Counted from the first letter of the stretch, positions 26,483-41,429 are shown. The stretch: 64,000 nt of DNA from Octopus vulgaris (GCA_951406725.2 OX597821.1:57970001-58034000); one strand, 5' to 3'. Numbers and translations: made by a program. Notes: a model not told the origin generated them from the letters alone.

Positions 26483-29400
26483 TACGACGGGCTTCTTTCA
26501 GTTTCCGTCTACCAAATCCACTCACAAAGCTTTGGTTGGCCCGAGGCTATAGAAGACACTTGCCCAAGGTGTCACGCAATGGGGCTGAAGCTGGAATCAT
26601 GTGGTTCGTAAGCAACCTACTTACCACACAGCCACTCCTACGCCTATACATATATATATATATATGTACATATGTGTGTTTGCGTGCGTGCGTGCGCGCC
26701 GTTCTGAGTCTTCTTAAGTGTCTGGTGCCTTTCCACCTTTGTATCTCTCAAGACTTAATGTAAAAAGCATATTTAAAGAATTTGAAGAAATATTAAAATA
26801 ATTACTTTTCTAGTTAAACCAAACCAAATAATTACTGGATATTATTAATGATGCTCTTGTTACTGTTATTACAATTACTGGAAAGTTATTTATTAAACAA
26901 TCAGCATACATCCCTTTATTATTTTTTTAGCCTTTCTTCTCGAAACACTGTCTCACATATGCTTTGTTTAAAAATGCAACACATACACACACACTTACGG
27001 GGACACACATACACAGGCATATAGATTCAAAATGAAAAAAAAGCAGCATCTCAAATAGCCAGTCACAAAACATCCTTTTTCCAAAACTGAAGAAAAATGG
27101 AACTCTTGATCGATTGCAACTAACTCAGGATAACTAAGGATAACGGTGAGAGTGTCTCTAGACCGAAAAATCTTGAGGATCCAGGTTACGTCAACTTAGC
27201 TATTTCCGTCAGCATTTCAGTTTAAGTTGTTGTCGACAGTTACTCTAAGATCTGTTTGATGACGTCAAAGATGTCATTCATGCAAATGCATCATAAAGTA
27301 CAGCACACATATATATTCCTATACTTTAAGTTGGAAGCGGCTTTGGCAAATAGGAAGTTGCAACAGGAAGTTCACTTTCCAAGAAATACATAATGATTTG
27401 TTTTTAACATTTGAGGTGCGAGTGCGCGCGTGTATGCGAGGCTGTGTGGGCTGGAAAAATGCCTCTCATGATTATAAACCAATTTATAGCAACGAATGTC
27501 GAAGAAAGTATTCAATACATATTATATCATATCTACCTATATTAAGTGTAATTTCTCTTTCTTGCCTCAGATTTCACGCCATTTCGATGTTCAGGCGAGA
27601 ACTATCTTCGTTCGATATTCACCTGGTTTTATGTAAAATGAAACAAGTTAATTCTTTTGTCTATAATTATTTTTCCTTGGCCTGTTCCTGTTGTTGTTAT
27701 TAGAATGTTGTATAAAAATGCCGCTCTTTCATTTGTTAAGAAACCTGAATATCAAGAGAGGGCAACTGTCATTTGAATGTTGTAGTGACGTAAAGTAAGA
27801 CGTAAGACGAAAATCAGATGCGTGTGAATAGGTGTATATGCGTATGTGAGTTTGTGTATAAAAATAAAAACTGATAAAAAACGATAAAAAGCTAAATCAA
27901 ATTAAATATGTGATTTCTGTGTTTCTGTGCATGACGTATTCCTTAATTTCAAATTCAACTTATTTATACTGTTTCATTTTGTAAAAGAACAGCTACCTCC
28001 CTTGTATTCACGGCCATTACTAGACGGAACCACACTGACACACACACATGTACATATGGCAAAATAGATACAAACGACTTGGCAAGAAATAGGTGAAATA
28101 TTTCTAAACTGGTGTTCGCGACTGACATTTCCGAGAATTACTCAGCTGACAGTGAGGTATTGGAATATATGGATGGACAGTTCAATCGTTTGCATATGAA
28201 AAAAATTGTGCGTAGGTTTTGATGTTATAAGAGAGAGAGAGAATAGGATTTCTTCACGGAAATCGGGTAATGTGTGTGATTTTGTGAGGGTGATAGTGTG
28301 AAAATGGTAAGCAAATTAGCGTAGGTTGGGAAGGTGTGAATTTTTATTTCTTGATGGAAAATGAGATGATACTTATGATTTAGTCGCTAATATGGCGGAC
28401 TTATTGTCTGGAACGGAAATACGTGATAGTGTAATTGTGGCTTTTGATAGATGTATGATGACTTCTGCCTTGCTGAGGGGAATTGTAAGGGTGAATACGG
28501 TTTTTCTTATTGCGTAATTATTTTGCACTTTCTTGGTATATTAATGGAATTAGATGAAGTAGGAAGTGGCTTTTTTAAAGAATCTAAGCTAGGATTTGAT
28601 TAATGAGATTTATGTCGCTTGTTTAATGAGATCTTAGTTTTTGATACTATAACTGGTGCGTAAGGATCTAACAACTCATTTACTTTTGTTTGTCTAAGTT
28701 AAAGGTTAGAATATAGGTTATTCAACGTGATTGATTTATAGCCTAAAATCAGGAATTTAGTATGTCATGCGAAATTGAGACAAACTCGTTGTATTATTTC
28801 ATTCTAATCAATAAACATTTTCTAAATTTACAGTTTTACAGTTTCAAAGCGAGAATCTTATAACAATTCTGTTTAAAATTACTACCGCATGAAAAATAGA
28901 TGTTCTTCTAAAATGTGTAGTTCTGAATTCCGTTCCATAACTATTTGCCAAGTTTTCTTCCTGATGAAGTAAGCCGGTCTTACTGTTATGCCTCTATGCG
29001 ACCATCTACCGCACTGGGGTCGATATAATTAACCTAATCTGTCTGTCTGTCCTTGTTTATCTCCTCTATATTTAGCCCCTTGTGGGTAGTAAAGAAATAA
29101 GTATTTCGTCTGCCATTACGTTCTGAGTTCAAATTCCGGCCGAGGTCGAGTTTGCCTTTCATCCTTTCGAGGTCGATATAATAAATACCATTTACGCACT
29201 GGGGTCGATATAATCGACTTAATTCGTTTGTCTGTCCTTGTTTGTCCTCTCAGTGTTTAGCCCCTTGTGGGTAATAAAGAAATAGATATTTCGTCTGTTT
29301 ATGGAAGCACATGGCCTAGTGGTTAGAGCAGCAAACTCGCGGTTGAGGCATCGCGGTTCGAATCTCAGATCAGGCTATGTGTGTGTTTATGAGCGAAACA

Positions 29401-29719
29401 CCTAATCTCCGCGAGGCTGGGGCAGAAGGTAATGGCGAACTTCTGCTGACTCTTTCGCGACAATTTTCACTCTTTTCTCCTGCATCTAACAGCATGAAAC
29501 CTGGAAACCAGCCCTTATGAGCCAGGCATGGCTCGAGAAGGAACAAACAACAACATTTCGTCCGTTGCTATGTTCTGAGTTCAAATTCCGCAGTAGTCGA
29601 CTTTGCCTTTCATCCTTTCGGTGTCGATTAAATAAGTACCAGTCATGCACCGGAGTCGATGTAAACGACTTAATCCCTCCCCACAAATTTTGGGGCCTTG
29701 TACTTCCAATAGAAAGGAT

Positions 29720-30990
29720 TATTGGTATAATAATAAATGTATATAAATTTATCACCTCGATATAGAAGCAGTGAGTTGCGAAGTAGATGCCCATAATATC
29801 TTCTTTCTCTTTGATTTTCAAAGAGATATTCATGTCAACAGGACAGCTGACCTCTATGACCACATATACTATTTTTCTCAGTTCCAAACAACAATATCCG
29901 GTCCGTTATGTTTACACTTAATAAATGTTTTGGTGAGAATGTTCCATCAGTATTCCTCGTGTTGATATTTGTGCATGTAGTCAATGACGGGAAATTTTTT
30001 ATATTTATTCCAGGACACTCTTTTATCCGGATGGCATTTTATATTGTTTCTGCGACAACGGTGTATCGCATAGGGCGATAGTACCTTGATTACATATTTG
30101 GACAGCTACTAATCACATGTGTAGTATCTTCCACAAAAAACATGACATTTTCTAAATTTTGCGGTTGCATCTTGGAGCTCCAAGGACTTCACTGTCCCTT
30201 TTGTTCATAAGGTATTTTGTAGCAATCTGCTGTTTTTGGATCGCAAGCGTGATGTGACGTAGCGGTCACGATTCAAGAGAGGTTTCGCTTCATGTTGATA
30301 TTACTGTCTTCTTCCATGTCTTCAAGAAGCATATCCATGCATGGTCCTTTTATTCTTTTCTTGTTTCTTTTTTTTTATATATGCTGACTGTTTCACATCC
30401 AGGCCTTCTCTGAGGTATGTTATTTGGGGGTGGGGCTGTATGGGAGGTCATCAGGAAGAGAGTGCTTCCTGTGCAGCTCACTGCTGTCCTCCTCGCTTTT
30501 CAGCACTAAGTTTATATATTTATTTTTGTCGCTGTTATTCAACAAGTGATGTCTGCGAAGGCTGTCTGCACTGATCTCACTGTTCTACCTCCTTCATTTA
30601 TTCTTAGCTTGTCGATATCACTATTTCTGTGGAGATTTCCTGTTGATGTCAGTATCTTGCGGGTTTTAAAATCTATAGAGTGGATTTACTCTGAACAACA
30701 GCTAAGTTTGCCAGATGCTGGGATCGGCACTGGTACTGCAAATGCATTATGGGATATTGTCTTCTTGTAAGAGGAGAGTTACGTCTGCCATATTTTTCCA
30801 AGTCTGGCATAGTAGTCTCGAGTCACTCGATTTTTATTCACCGTACCATTGTGTGATATATTTTCATCAATGCCTAGTTACTTGTAGCATTCTTTGTACG
30901 GAACAGGATGGTCAGTATTGGGTCTGGGACACTGATTTTCCACGATCAACAATCAAATATGAACGTTTCTTGTGGCCAAATTATTTTCCT
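29720..30990 (-). mobile_element. Degenerate R4/Dong-like RLE non-LTR fragment
   Basis: VIEVSCPVDMNISLKIKEKED; homologous to 59030-60682. Confidence 0.8.
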
Positions 30991-31539
30991 ATGTATGTGT
31001 GCATGTATGTATATGTGCATGTATGTATGTATGTATGTATGTATGATGTAGTTTCCAGCTTCAGCCAGGAAATGATTTCTAATTAAAACATTTGTTTAAC
31101 ATCTGTTAAAGAAGAATTTGGACAGAATTATATAGGCACATAGGTCGTGCACATTCCTTCAGACAGAACATCACATGCTGGTTGATATGAATTTTGATAG
31201 ACTCGATAATGAAGAGTCTCTTCATTAGAGAGACATGACTTAAACCTGATGGCCTCGTGCAACAATGCAACATTGTAGTTGTATAATAGATTTCAGGTGA
31301 GTGAATATGGAATTCAATAAACAAATTTCTTCATCGATTTCACATGGTAAAGAAGCCATTGTTGAAACGTGAGAAAACAAGTGAGAACTACGATTTAACC
31401 TACTTTAACCCTCCATTGATTTGATATTATACTTTAAATCTAATATTCAAAATATGTCTATACGTGAGTGTGTTTGTGTGCGTGTGCGGGCTCGCATGTG
31501 CGTGTGCGGGCGCGAATGTGCGCGTGTATGTGCGATAGG

Positions 31540-32331
31540 TAAATTGTCGACATTATACATTTTCAATTTTGCGCATTGTTTTTGGTTTTGTCGAATACAC
31601 AGTATGGTAGGATCAGAAAAACAGCACCATGATACAATTCAGTCAACCAGAAATTTGGAAACGACGCACTGTTCAGTTGGGCATTCGCACCGGAAGCTCG
31701 AATACGAACATTTCAGTGTTGGGTGTCAATCTGAGTCCCTAAAAGAAGTACCGAGAGTAATAAAAATCAAACATCCAGTCAACTTCATGGTGTTTGTAGT
31801 GATCACTAGTGATGGCGACGCTATACCTCCGTTCATCTTCTCACACGGAGGTAGTGCTGCCCTGGGTCAAGAGGGTAGCTGTTGGAAAACCCTATGTCTG
31901 GCAATAGGACTCTGCACCATGTCATACAAGCAGGAAAACCGAGTCATGGCTGTCAGACAATTTCTGCGACCACATCACCCCTAACATCTAGCCACCTAAA
32001 TCCCCAGACTGCAACACCCTTGGTTATTATGTGTGGAGTGCAGTTGTGTGAGAGACCAACAAAATTCCTTGTGACAGCCAAGATGAACTGAAGACAAAAA
32101 GTATGGCAGCAATCACCAACTTAAACAAGGAGACCTTCCAAAAGATTTGCAGTAGATTCCGAATTCGTCTGGAGTCCGTGGTTGAAGCCAATATGGATTT
32201 TCTTGAATAAATTTACTCTTTAATATTTCAAGATATGTTTATGTAATTTTGGTAAATATATCTGTTAAAATGAGATGTCAGTGTTATTTTCATTTTTGCG
32301 CGATTTAGACAATTCATTTACCTCACCCAGT
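31540..32331 (+). mobile_element. Degenerate Tc1/mariner-superfamily transposon
   Basis: KHPVNFMVFVVITSDG..PPFIF, then P..SPDCN.L.YYVW and C-terminal RFRIRLESVVEAN.DFLE. Confidence 0.75.
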
Positions 32332-33450
32332 ATATATATATATACATAAATGTATGTATGTATTTTTACGACCTGGTGCCTATAACCCGAATTTACACAA
32401 CCAACAATGATGGGGTGAATCCAAAACAACAACTCACCATGAAGTTTTTTTTTTCATAGTATTAACAATTAAACAATTAGGTGTCAGCATACACAAACAC
32501 CCTACATACAAAACAAATATATACGAACAAAATAAATTAATGCAACATTAGACGTGCGGTCAAAATATTTATAAGGGTAAAATATATATAGTTCAGAAAT
32601 TGGGACTCAGAAACCTGGCTTCACCAAATTGATTTCACAAACTTGGATTCACAAATTTGGTTTTCAAAAAAATATCGATTCCGAAAATTTGGATTCACAA
32701 ATTCGGTTTTCGAACCTTGGACCTAAACATAAATAAATCTAATGTCAAAGCAACCATTTAAACTAAAAGTTCATAACACAAAACGGCTGCCGGACCACAT
32801 CAATAATTATAGTTTAAAAAATTAAATAATCAAACAAAAAATCCAGTTCGCTTTAAATTCACACAAAACTGCTTCATACAAACTTGTGAGTAACCATTAT
32901 ACAAACTTTATAGTTAGTTGTTTAATACAAAAACCTTGGCTACATGAAATTTTAATTCATATACCCTCTAGCTATTTATGCAAATTTTTCAACATTTATC
33001 TTAACAGAAAATAGCTAGCAAAGTTACTACACAACCTGCCACAAATGCAGGGTTCAAAATTCACATAAGTATTACAGTAACATAACTTAAGAAATTTTTG
33101 TACTCACCCAGATGTGACACAGAAATTATTTTAAAACTGACAAGCAAAAAGTTCTGGCGAATTCCGCGAGCATAAAATAATTCCATAAATGCCTAACAAA
33201 GCACAAGATGCATAAATTAAACAGGGAATCATAGCTTCCAGAATCCAATTGAACCTTGTCTCACAAAAAAAAAAAATCTGGGTGTACAATTATCTCTGCT
33301 TATAAAGGTTTGCTAAGGTATAGCCAATTTGTTATAATTTCACAGTTTGGCTCATAACACCTAGCTTCCCCCATTTTGGCAATGTACGACATCCTGACCT
33401 TACAGTGCAGCATGAAAATCTGCCGTCTTATATAATTTCCTAACAGTATA

Positions 33451-33523
<73 letters not shown>

Positions 33524-33572
33524 ATGTGTGTATGTATATATAAATATATATATATATGTGTGTGTGTGTGTG

Positions 33573-33631
<59 letters not shown>

Positions 33632-33636
33632 CTGTG

Positions 33637-33827
33637 TCAAAATAAGCAACAAGGATATCCAGAGGTAATGCAGTACGATCGTTTCATGCGACTCCATTTA
33701 ATTGAACAATACAAATATTACATCAATTTGTAACAAATTGATGTAATATTTGCATTGTTCAATTAAATGGATTCGCATGAAACGATCGTACGACATTACC
33801 TCTGGATATTCTTGTTGCTTATTTTGA
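33637..33827. repeat. Fold-back palindrome (~95-bp arms), inverted PLE end
   Basis: Arms centred on 33732; each contains GAAAcgatcgTA, the 3' half of a hammerhead. Confidence 0.9.
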
Positions 33828-33918
33828 TTGTAATCACCCCATTTTTAATTATATGGATAATACCATACTAAATTCTAGTACCTTTAAACTAAGTATCATA
33901 TTCAACTGTATCTAAATT

Positions 33919-33975
<57 letters not shown>

Positions 33976-34040
33976 GGAGTAAACACATAAATGTGAAACA
34001 AGGTGGAAAAAAGAGTACTCAAATACCAGTGGTAGAGTAA

Positions 34041-34123
34041 TATGCTTTATTTAAAGCAGCAGAAAATTCAACAAAACCTGTTTTGTAACAGGTTTTGTTG
34101 AATTTTCTGCTGCTTTAAATAAA

Positions 34124-34128
<5 letters not shown>
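34041..34128. repeat. Fold-back palindrome (~42-bp arms) in a TA-flanked insert
   Basis: gctttatttaaagcagcagaaaattcaacaaaacctgtt and its reverse complement. Confidence 0.9.
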
Positions 34129-34184
<56 letters not shown>

Positions 34185-34321
34185 AGTCGTCAACTAAACA
34201 AGAGTGTTAATAACACCTATATCGCTAGAAATAGGAGCTAAAATGCTCCAATCCTGCTACAAAGCTCATAATAAATATTTTGATTGGAACTGCAATTGCA
34301 CCGAACACCGAACCGAGAATT

Positions 34322-34373
34322 CCTTAGCCTGACCCGCCAGTTTCGGCTATTTCGGTAGCCATCTTCAGTAAGG
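34322..34373 (-). ncRNA. Hammerhead-like ribozyme
   Basis: Minus strand cctta-CTGAAGA-t-ggcta(ccgaaa)tagcc-GAAA-ctggcggg-TC-agg; stem I imperfect. Confidence 0.55.
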
Positions 34374-35284
34374 TCAGCTCATTCAGTTCATTCCGTGCTA
34401 GCTCGCCTATCAGAGTATATATATATTCACCATAATGGTGATTAATTTTTTTAATTTTTATGCGCCCTTTTCAAGCTTAGCCAGGTTCATGGGCCCGGTT
34501 TCCCGGTTTCTTTGGCATATGTGCCCCCCCACCATCTGAACGAGACGCCAGTCCTTCGCAGCGTTACTCAAGAAACTGGAAGGAAGAGTGAGAGAACGTT
34601 GGGGCGAAAGAGTACAACAGGGGTCGCCACCACCCCCTGTCGGAGACTCGTGTTTCTGCTCCATAAACACACACAACTCCCGGTCTGAGAATCGAAACCG
34701 TGATCCTCCAACCGCGAGTCCGCCGCTCTAGCCACTGGGTCATTGCGCCCCCACCTGGATTATTTAGCAGATTGCTAATGTGTATACAGAAAATTAATAA
34801 ATAAAAACAGCTGTTTACAATATTTTACCGTAAATTACTAAATGTCTCTCAGTCCATTTTCAGTTTTTTTTATTCTATTTGTGTGTGTGCGTATGTGTGT
34901 GTGCGCGTGCGTGTGTGTATCTATGTGCGTGTGTGTGAGTGTCTGTGTGTTTATGTGTGTTCGTATGTAGATAGATAGAGAGAGAGAAAGATAGCGTTAT
35001 AGCAGGGTATGTAAGAAATATATAGTTAAAATTATCTACATATCTGTTGACGTGAGGAAAGGCGTAGGTGGGAGCATAAAAATTAAGAAATAGAAGTAGT
35101 AATCAAAACGAATTCGTCAAAAGTTTAATGGTGTCTGTTAAATATGTAGAAGGATAATTGATGAAAACAGAAATAATTAAGACTATTCAGACCACCTGAA
35201 ATATATTGAAAAATTACCTATGAGGCGAAATCACACACATGCATGCATACATACATGCATATATATATATATATATATACATGT

Positions 35285-35422
35285 GTGTCTGTGTCTTCTC
35301 TATTCCATTCCGTTAAAGAGCGTAGGCTAGAAACGTAAAAGACTTTTTCATGTTTCCCAAACTAATACACATGGTTGTTCTTCATATACCCGTGTTTTTT
35401 CTTTTTCTTTAAATTTCAACTA
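35285..35422 (+). mobile_element. Diverged solo 3' end related to the large PLE; another remnant on minus at 20530-20590
   Basis: aagagcgtaggctagaaacgtaaaagact matches the 5073-5112 motif. Confidence 0.7.
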
Positions 35423-35901
35423 TATATATTATATAATTAATTTTATTTTTTCTATGTTTCTTACATATTGGTGTTACCATTCAAAGCGATGTATGCATGG
35501 ATTAAAATTTTATAAAACTTTTATCTTCTTTTCTCCCTCTTTAATCGTTTGTTGAGTTTACATAGGATACATGTTCTATAAATGCTCATAACACACCTTA
35601 TACTTGTAACATTTTCGTATTTTTTTAAATACTTACAAGAGTAAGGTACTAATTCAATATGAAGAATCTCTCTCTCTCTATATATATATACATATATTTT
35701 TTATTTTATAGAAGGAGTTTCTACAGGACTAGAACTGTTTCATTCAGATGAAAAACACCTTTTACCAAGTCAAAATGAACAATTAAATTACACGATCTAG
35801 AAAATTACATATAATAGAAATATTTCAAATAAAATAACAATAATATACCGATGATTAAGTAAATTGCAAAATAATAATAAAAACGTATATATTTGGTAGA
35901 A

Positions 35902-36005
35902 TAAAGACACGTGTTTCGTGGATATATTTAAGAAATGATTATAGTAAAAAAATTAATAGTAGTAGTAAAATCACTTCGATATAAATATATCCACTCATCA
36001 GGTTA
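35902..36005 (-). ncRNA. Hammerhead ribozyme with canonical core and long stem II
   Basis: Minus strand CTGATGA-gtggatatattta...taaatatatccac-GAAA-cacgtg-TC; GUC site; stem I weak. Confidence 0.7.
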
Positions 36006-36065
36006 AAGATAAACTAGAATAATAAAATAATTAATTAATAAATATACGTAAAAATAAATATATTC

Positions 36066-36593
<528 letters not shown>

Positions 36594-36681
36594 TTAATAA
36601 ATTTAACCTTTGAAGGTGTTTTTTGATATGCTGGCCATTGATAAAACATTTTTGCCGAAAAAAAAAATTATCCTACATTAG

Positions 36682-36734
<53 letters not shown>

Positions 36735-36759
36735 ATACTAAATATGCATTAAGGGAAAA

Positions 36760-37191
36760 CTAAAAACAATGCTTAAATTATTACTTTCTTATGATTTTGA
36801 GACTTTTAATAAACATGCACCTTATTATAATAAAGCCCTGAATGAGGCAGGATACAATAATAATATTAAATTCTTTAATATTTGTTAACATAGTTATAAT
36901 TTAAAAGATAATAGTTTTAATGATTTTTATAATGATAAACCTAATTATCTGAATTATGATAAATTTTATTTAGGTATTTATCGTCTTAAGAATAATAGGA
37001 ATTTTGATGATGTAAATCATAAATTTAATATTAGAATAAAAAAAATAAAAAGAATAGTAATCATAATAAAAATAAAAATAAGATAAAATTTTATTCAATT
37101 AATGAAGATAATAAATTTAATAATATTACAAATAATTATAGTAATAATAATGATAGTAATAATAACAATAATAATAATAATGATAGTAATA

Positions 37192-37278
<87 letters not shown>

Positions 37279-38010
37279 TTAATTATAATCATATTATAAC
37301 AGATAAAAATAAAAATAAAATATGGTTAATCATTCCTTTTGGGGCTCAGGTTAAAACAAATCTTATTAAAGAGATTTTTAAATATAATTGAAGTATTTAT
37401 TAGGGATAATAAAAAAATATTTTTTTTCTAAAGATAATTTTGGAATTGGTTATTCAACTACTAATAATGTTGGTAATATTATTTATTCATGTAATATTTT
37501 TATATTAAAGAAATTCTATAAAGATAGATTAAATATTGATTCCAATAATAATAATAAAGACCAAGAGTTAATTTATTGTACATGTAGAGATAAGTCTAGA
37601 TTTAAATTTAATAATTATTGTAATTTAGATCATGTAGTCTATAAGTGTATGGTAACTACAATAGATGATAAGAATTTGAATTATCTTAATTTAAATACTA
37701 TTTATATAGGGTCCACTATGAATAAAATTAAATCTAGAATTTCTCAACCTATGTAATCTTTTAGGAATAAAAATCTTATAAATTCAACAGGTCTCAGTAA
37801 ATATATTTGGGACCTTAAATCAAGATCTATTAAATATAAATAAATTGGGATATTATTTGTAGGGCTAAATCATATACTATAGGGAGTGATAATTGTTCTC
37901 TTTGTAATAACGAATTTAAAGAAATATTATTTAATAACAATTATGCGTTGGTAAACTCATTGGAGAAACGTAAAATTAAATGTAAACAAATTAAAGTACC
38001 TTTATAATAG
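36760..38010 (+). pseudogene. Degenerate, very AT-rich PLE 3' part (RT thumb, linker, GIY-YIG) of a different PLE clade
   Basis: ETFNKHAPYYNKALNEAGY, KIWLIIPFG, CTCRDK, VVYKC..IYIGST..KSRIS, TGLSKYIWDLK, NCSLCNNE. Confidence 0.8.
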
Positions 38011-39198
38011 ATTTAGCTAATAAATAAATAATTATATTGTTTTTAAATATATATTTATTATAGTAATATAAATTGATTTCAACATAATATATATTTATTT
38101 GATTTAATTACTTATTATTTAGACTTAAATTTATAGTAAATAGTCATTTAAATTAAATGCTTTGTCGATATAAAAGTTGGGTTAACGTCTTTCGACTTAT
38201 TTCTCGCGTGTAACTGTTCTGCTTTTATTTCTCAAACAAACTTTAGTCTTTCAACTGATTCTTTACAGCTAATTAACTGATATCTACATATTTCATTTTT
38301 CAACCCACGTAAATTCATAAATTTATACATTTTTATCTTTATGTTAATACTGTTTATTACTTGTACAAATTTCATTATTCTAGAATGCTCATTTCTTTAA
38401 TTGTTTATGCTAATACCATCTTCCTGTCAGCACGTGGACCACTTTCCCTCTAATTTTTTCTCTCTACTTGATTTTTCTTTTGTTTTATTACATTTTTTTC
38501 TTTTCTTCTCCGTCTTTCTTTTCCCTCCCTCTCCCCTAGAATTTCTTATAAAAACGTAGCTAATCAGCGGTTCTACCTTAAATTATTCCCCCGTCTTATA
38601 AATAGCTCGATCTTCGTTAAATTATGCTAATATTATCTTAGTTCGGTGATATTCTTTTGGAACACTCTTATCATGATTAATTAAGTTAATAAACAACTAA
38701 CGCTGACTTTAAAGTATTATAGTACAATAAATGACTCTCAGAGCTGCGTTGGCAGATGACTTCGAACATTTTGACATGGTCAAACGTCATGCTTGGCGCA
38801 TATTGCTTGCTGTATTCTAGTAAATCCTGCTACTATTGGCCTTTGCTGACGAGGTCGCTACTCTTAGTTACTTCATTAGGATATAAATGCATTTACCTAC
38901 CCTTATATTTACGACCTTATTCCACTATCTACCCGTCTAAATTGACAGGTTGGAGACATACCCAACATTAAATTTCTTAAATCTTTATATTTCTTATTTG
39001 AAATTTTGTTTATTGATGATCTGTTGATTATGTAACATGTTACGCATCTAACTGTATTATGTTTATACTACAATAAAGACTCCTACTGAAGCAATTGTAG
39101 CAATAATACTAGATAATCCATTCGTCTTTTTTTATAATGTATATATATATGTGTGTGTGCGTGTGCGTGTATACATACATGCGTACATATATACATAC

Positions 39199-39232
<34 letters not shown>

Positions 39233-39553
39233 ATATCTTTTATCTTCTACCCTTTACTTGTTTCAGTCATTTGACTGCAACCATGCTGGGGCACCACCTT
39301 GAAGGGCTTTAATCGAGCAAATCAACCCCAGGACTTTTTTACGGGGACGTAAACACATCACCACCGGTTGTTAAGCAGTGGTGAGGGGCAAACACAGACA
39401 CAGAGACACACACACATATAAATCCACTCACAAGGCTTTGGTCGGCCCGAGGATATAGTAAAAGACACTTGCCCAAGGTGTCACGCAGTGGGACTGAGCC
39501 CGAAACCATGCGGTTGGGAAGCAAGCTTCTTAACACACAGCCATGACTGCACC

Positions 39554-39596
<43 letters not shown>

Positions 39597-39597
39597 T

Positions 39598-39646
<49 letters not shown>

Positions 39647-39647
<1 letters not shown>

Positions 39648-39813
39648 TCGTAATGAGACAAATAACCAAGGCCGTGTAGATTTTAAAACATTTATAAATC
39701 GGTCTTACAGCTGTTTCTAGGATATGTATTATCTCCCTTCATGGGAGACTGTAAGACCTATTTATAAATGTTCTAAAATCTACACAGCCTTGTTTTTTTT
39801 ATCTAATTACGAA
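39647..39813. repeat. Inverted repeat enclosing a degenerate minus-strand hammerhead remnant
   Basis: Arms about 39668-39710 and 39749-39792; minus strand ATGAAggga...tcc-taGAAAcagctgTA. Confidence 0.8.
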
Positions 39814-39965
39814 AAGATTTTACATACACACGCTGATATATGACCTAAGTTGGACCCCTAATTCTCATAATCATCGAATCTGGAACTTAATTATGGTCTA
39901 TCCATAGCACTTATTCAGCATTACCTGACACATTTGGGTCTCATTGACATCATTGCCTCTCATAA

Positions 39966-40058
<93 letters not shown>

Positions 40059-40941
40059 AATGAGAGACGGAAGATGGAAGACATGAGAATTTTTATTAAT
40101 CATTACAATTGTTTCGACGATCTAGTATCGATCCCTCACCAGTGGAATGTTTAACAACTGGTTCAGGAGAATCTGGTGGTGCAGATGTCTTTCCGGGTGA
40201 TAAATCGATAGATATAACTCGTTGAAATAACAGTTCCGTAATGTATCTTCTCATTTCGTTCAAAGAAATGCGGAAAATTAAAGGATATAGCTTTATTTAT
40301 ATAGAAGATCAATAATAAAACAACAGATGCAAAATAGAAACGAACAAGTAATACAGCGAAGAAAGTATTAAAAATAAACGTAAACGGATATGGATGTATA
40401 AACACCTTCGCGTAGGTTGTATGACGCATGTAAACTCGCTCATACAAACATCCACAAATACTCAAGCGTATTCAGCACACATACGTTAATATAGCGAGTT
40501 AAATAGCTACTTTGTGTTTATAAGAAGGTGGAGGTTAAAGCTAAACTTAATTCAACCACACCTTAAAGTAAATTGTGTTAACAGTTATTCAAATTCAATC
40601 CCACTGCATTGTGCGAATGTACATTTATATACATGCAAGCATCTTGGGAGTCCTTCAGAAATTCTATTAATGAACTTTTCATGGGTCCACTGAATAAATA
40701 GGGGTTCCTCGGAGCAGAGACGGCATCTCTTGGAAATGCTATTATAAGGTTTGCTCAAACCAAGTTATGTTATACTTCATTTTGTCTTCCTTAAGTCGTC
40801 ACGCAAAATCGGTTTTTTGGCCCTTTTTTCCTCTAATGTATACCTGCTAACTCAAAAGCCTACTACAGATCCCTGGCTCCAGCCTCAGCTGTGAACTTGG
40901 AACCTAACCTATTCATCTAGATCACTAGTGAACTAAGCCCC

Positions 40942-41019
<78 letters not shown>

Positions 41020-41429
41020 TAAATAAAAATATATGCATACATACAAACATATATGTACGTACCTACATCTACATGTATATATACATGCATATATAAATAA
41101 ATATACGTAAGTACAAGACACCACAACAAGACGTAGAAACGGGAAAAACAAAAATTTTTTACAACAAGAAAACAAGTACAGGACATGCTACACAAGGAAA
41201 AATCCACCGTCATCAGCTGTCGCTAGTTAACTCAGGCGTGTTTCGAAGGCAAGAAAGGACACATCGTCAACTAGGCCTTCCTGCGAGAGAATTAAAATAA
41301 AATTCCAAGCAGAGGGGTAAAACGGGTAAGAACACAAACAGGATGTAACAATGAAACTGCACAATAAAATACAAGATAAAAATACATGTACAAAAAAATA
41401 CAAGATACATATATATATACATACGTACA

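Noticed and set aside
28050-28600. Possible ancient PLE RT fragment on minus strand
   Set aside because: Too degenerate to support by eye
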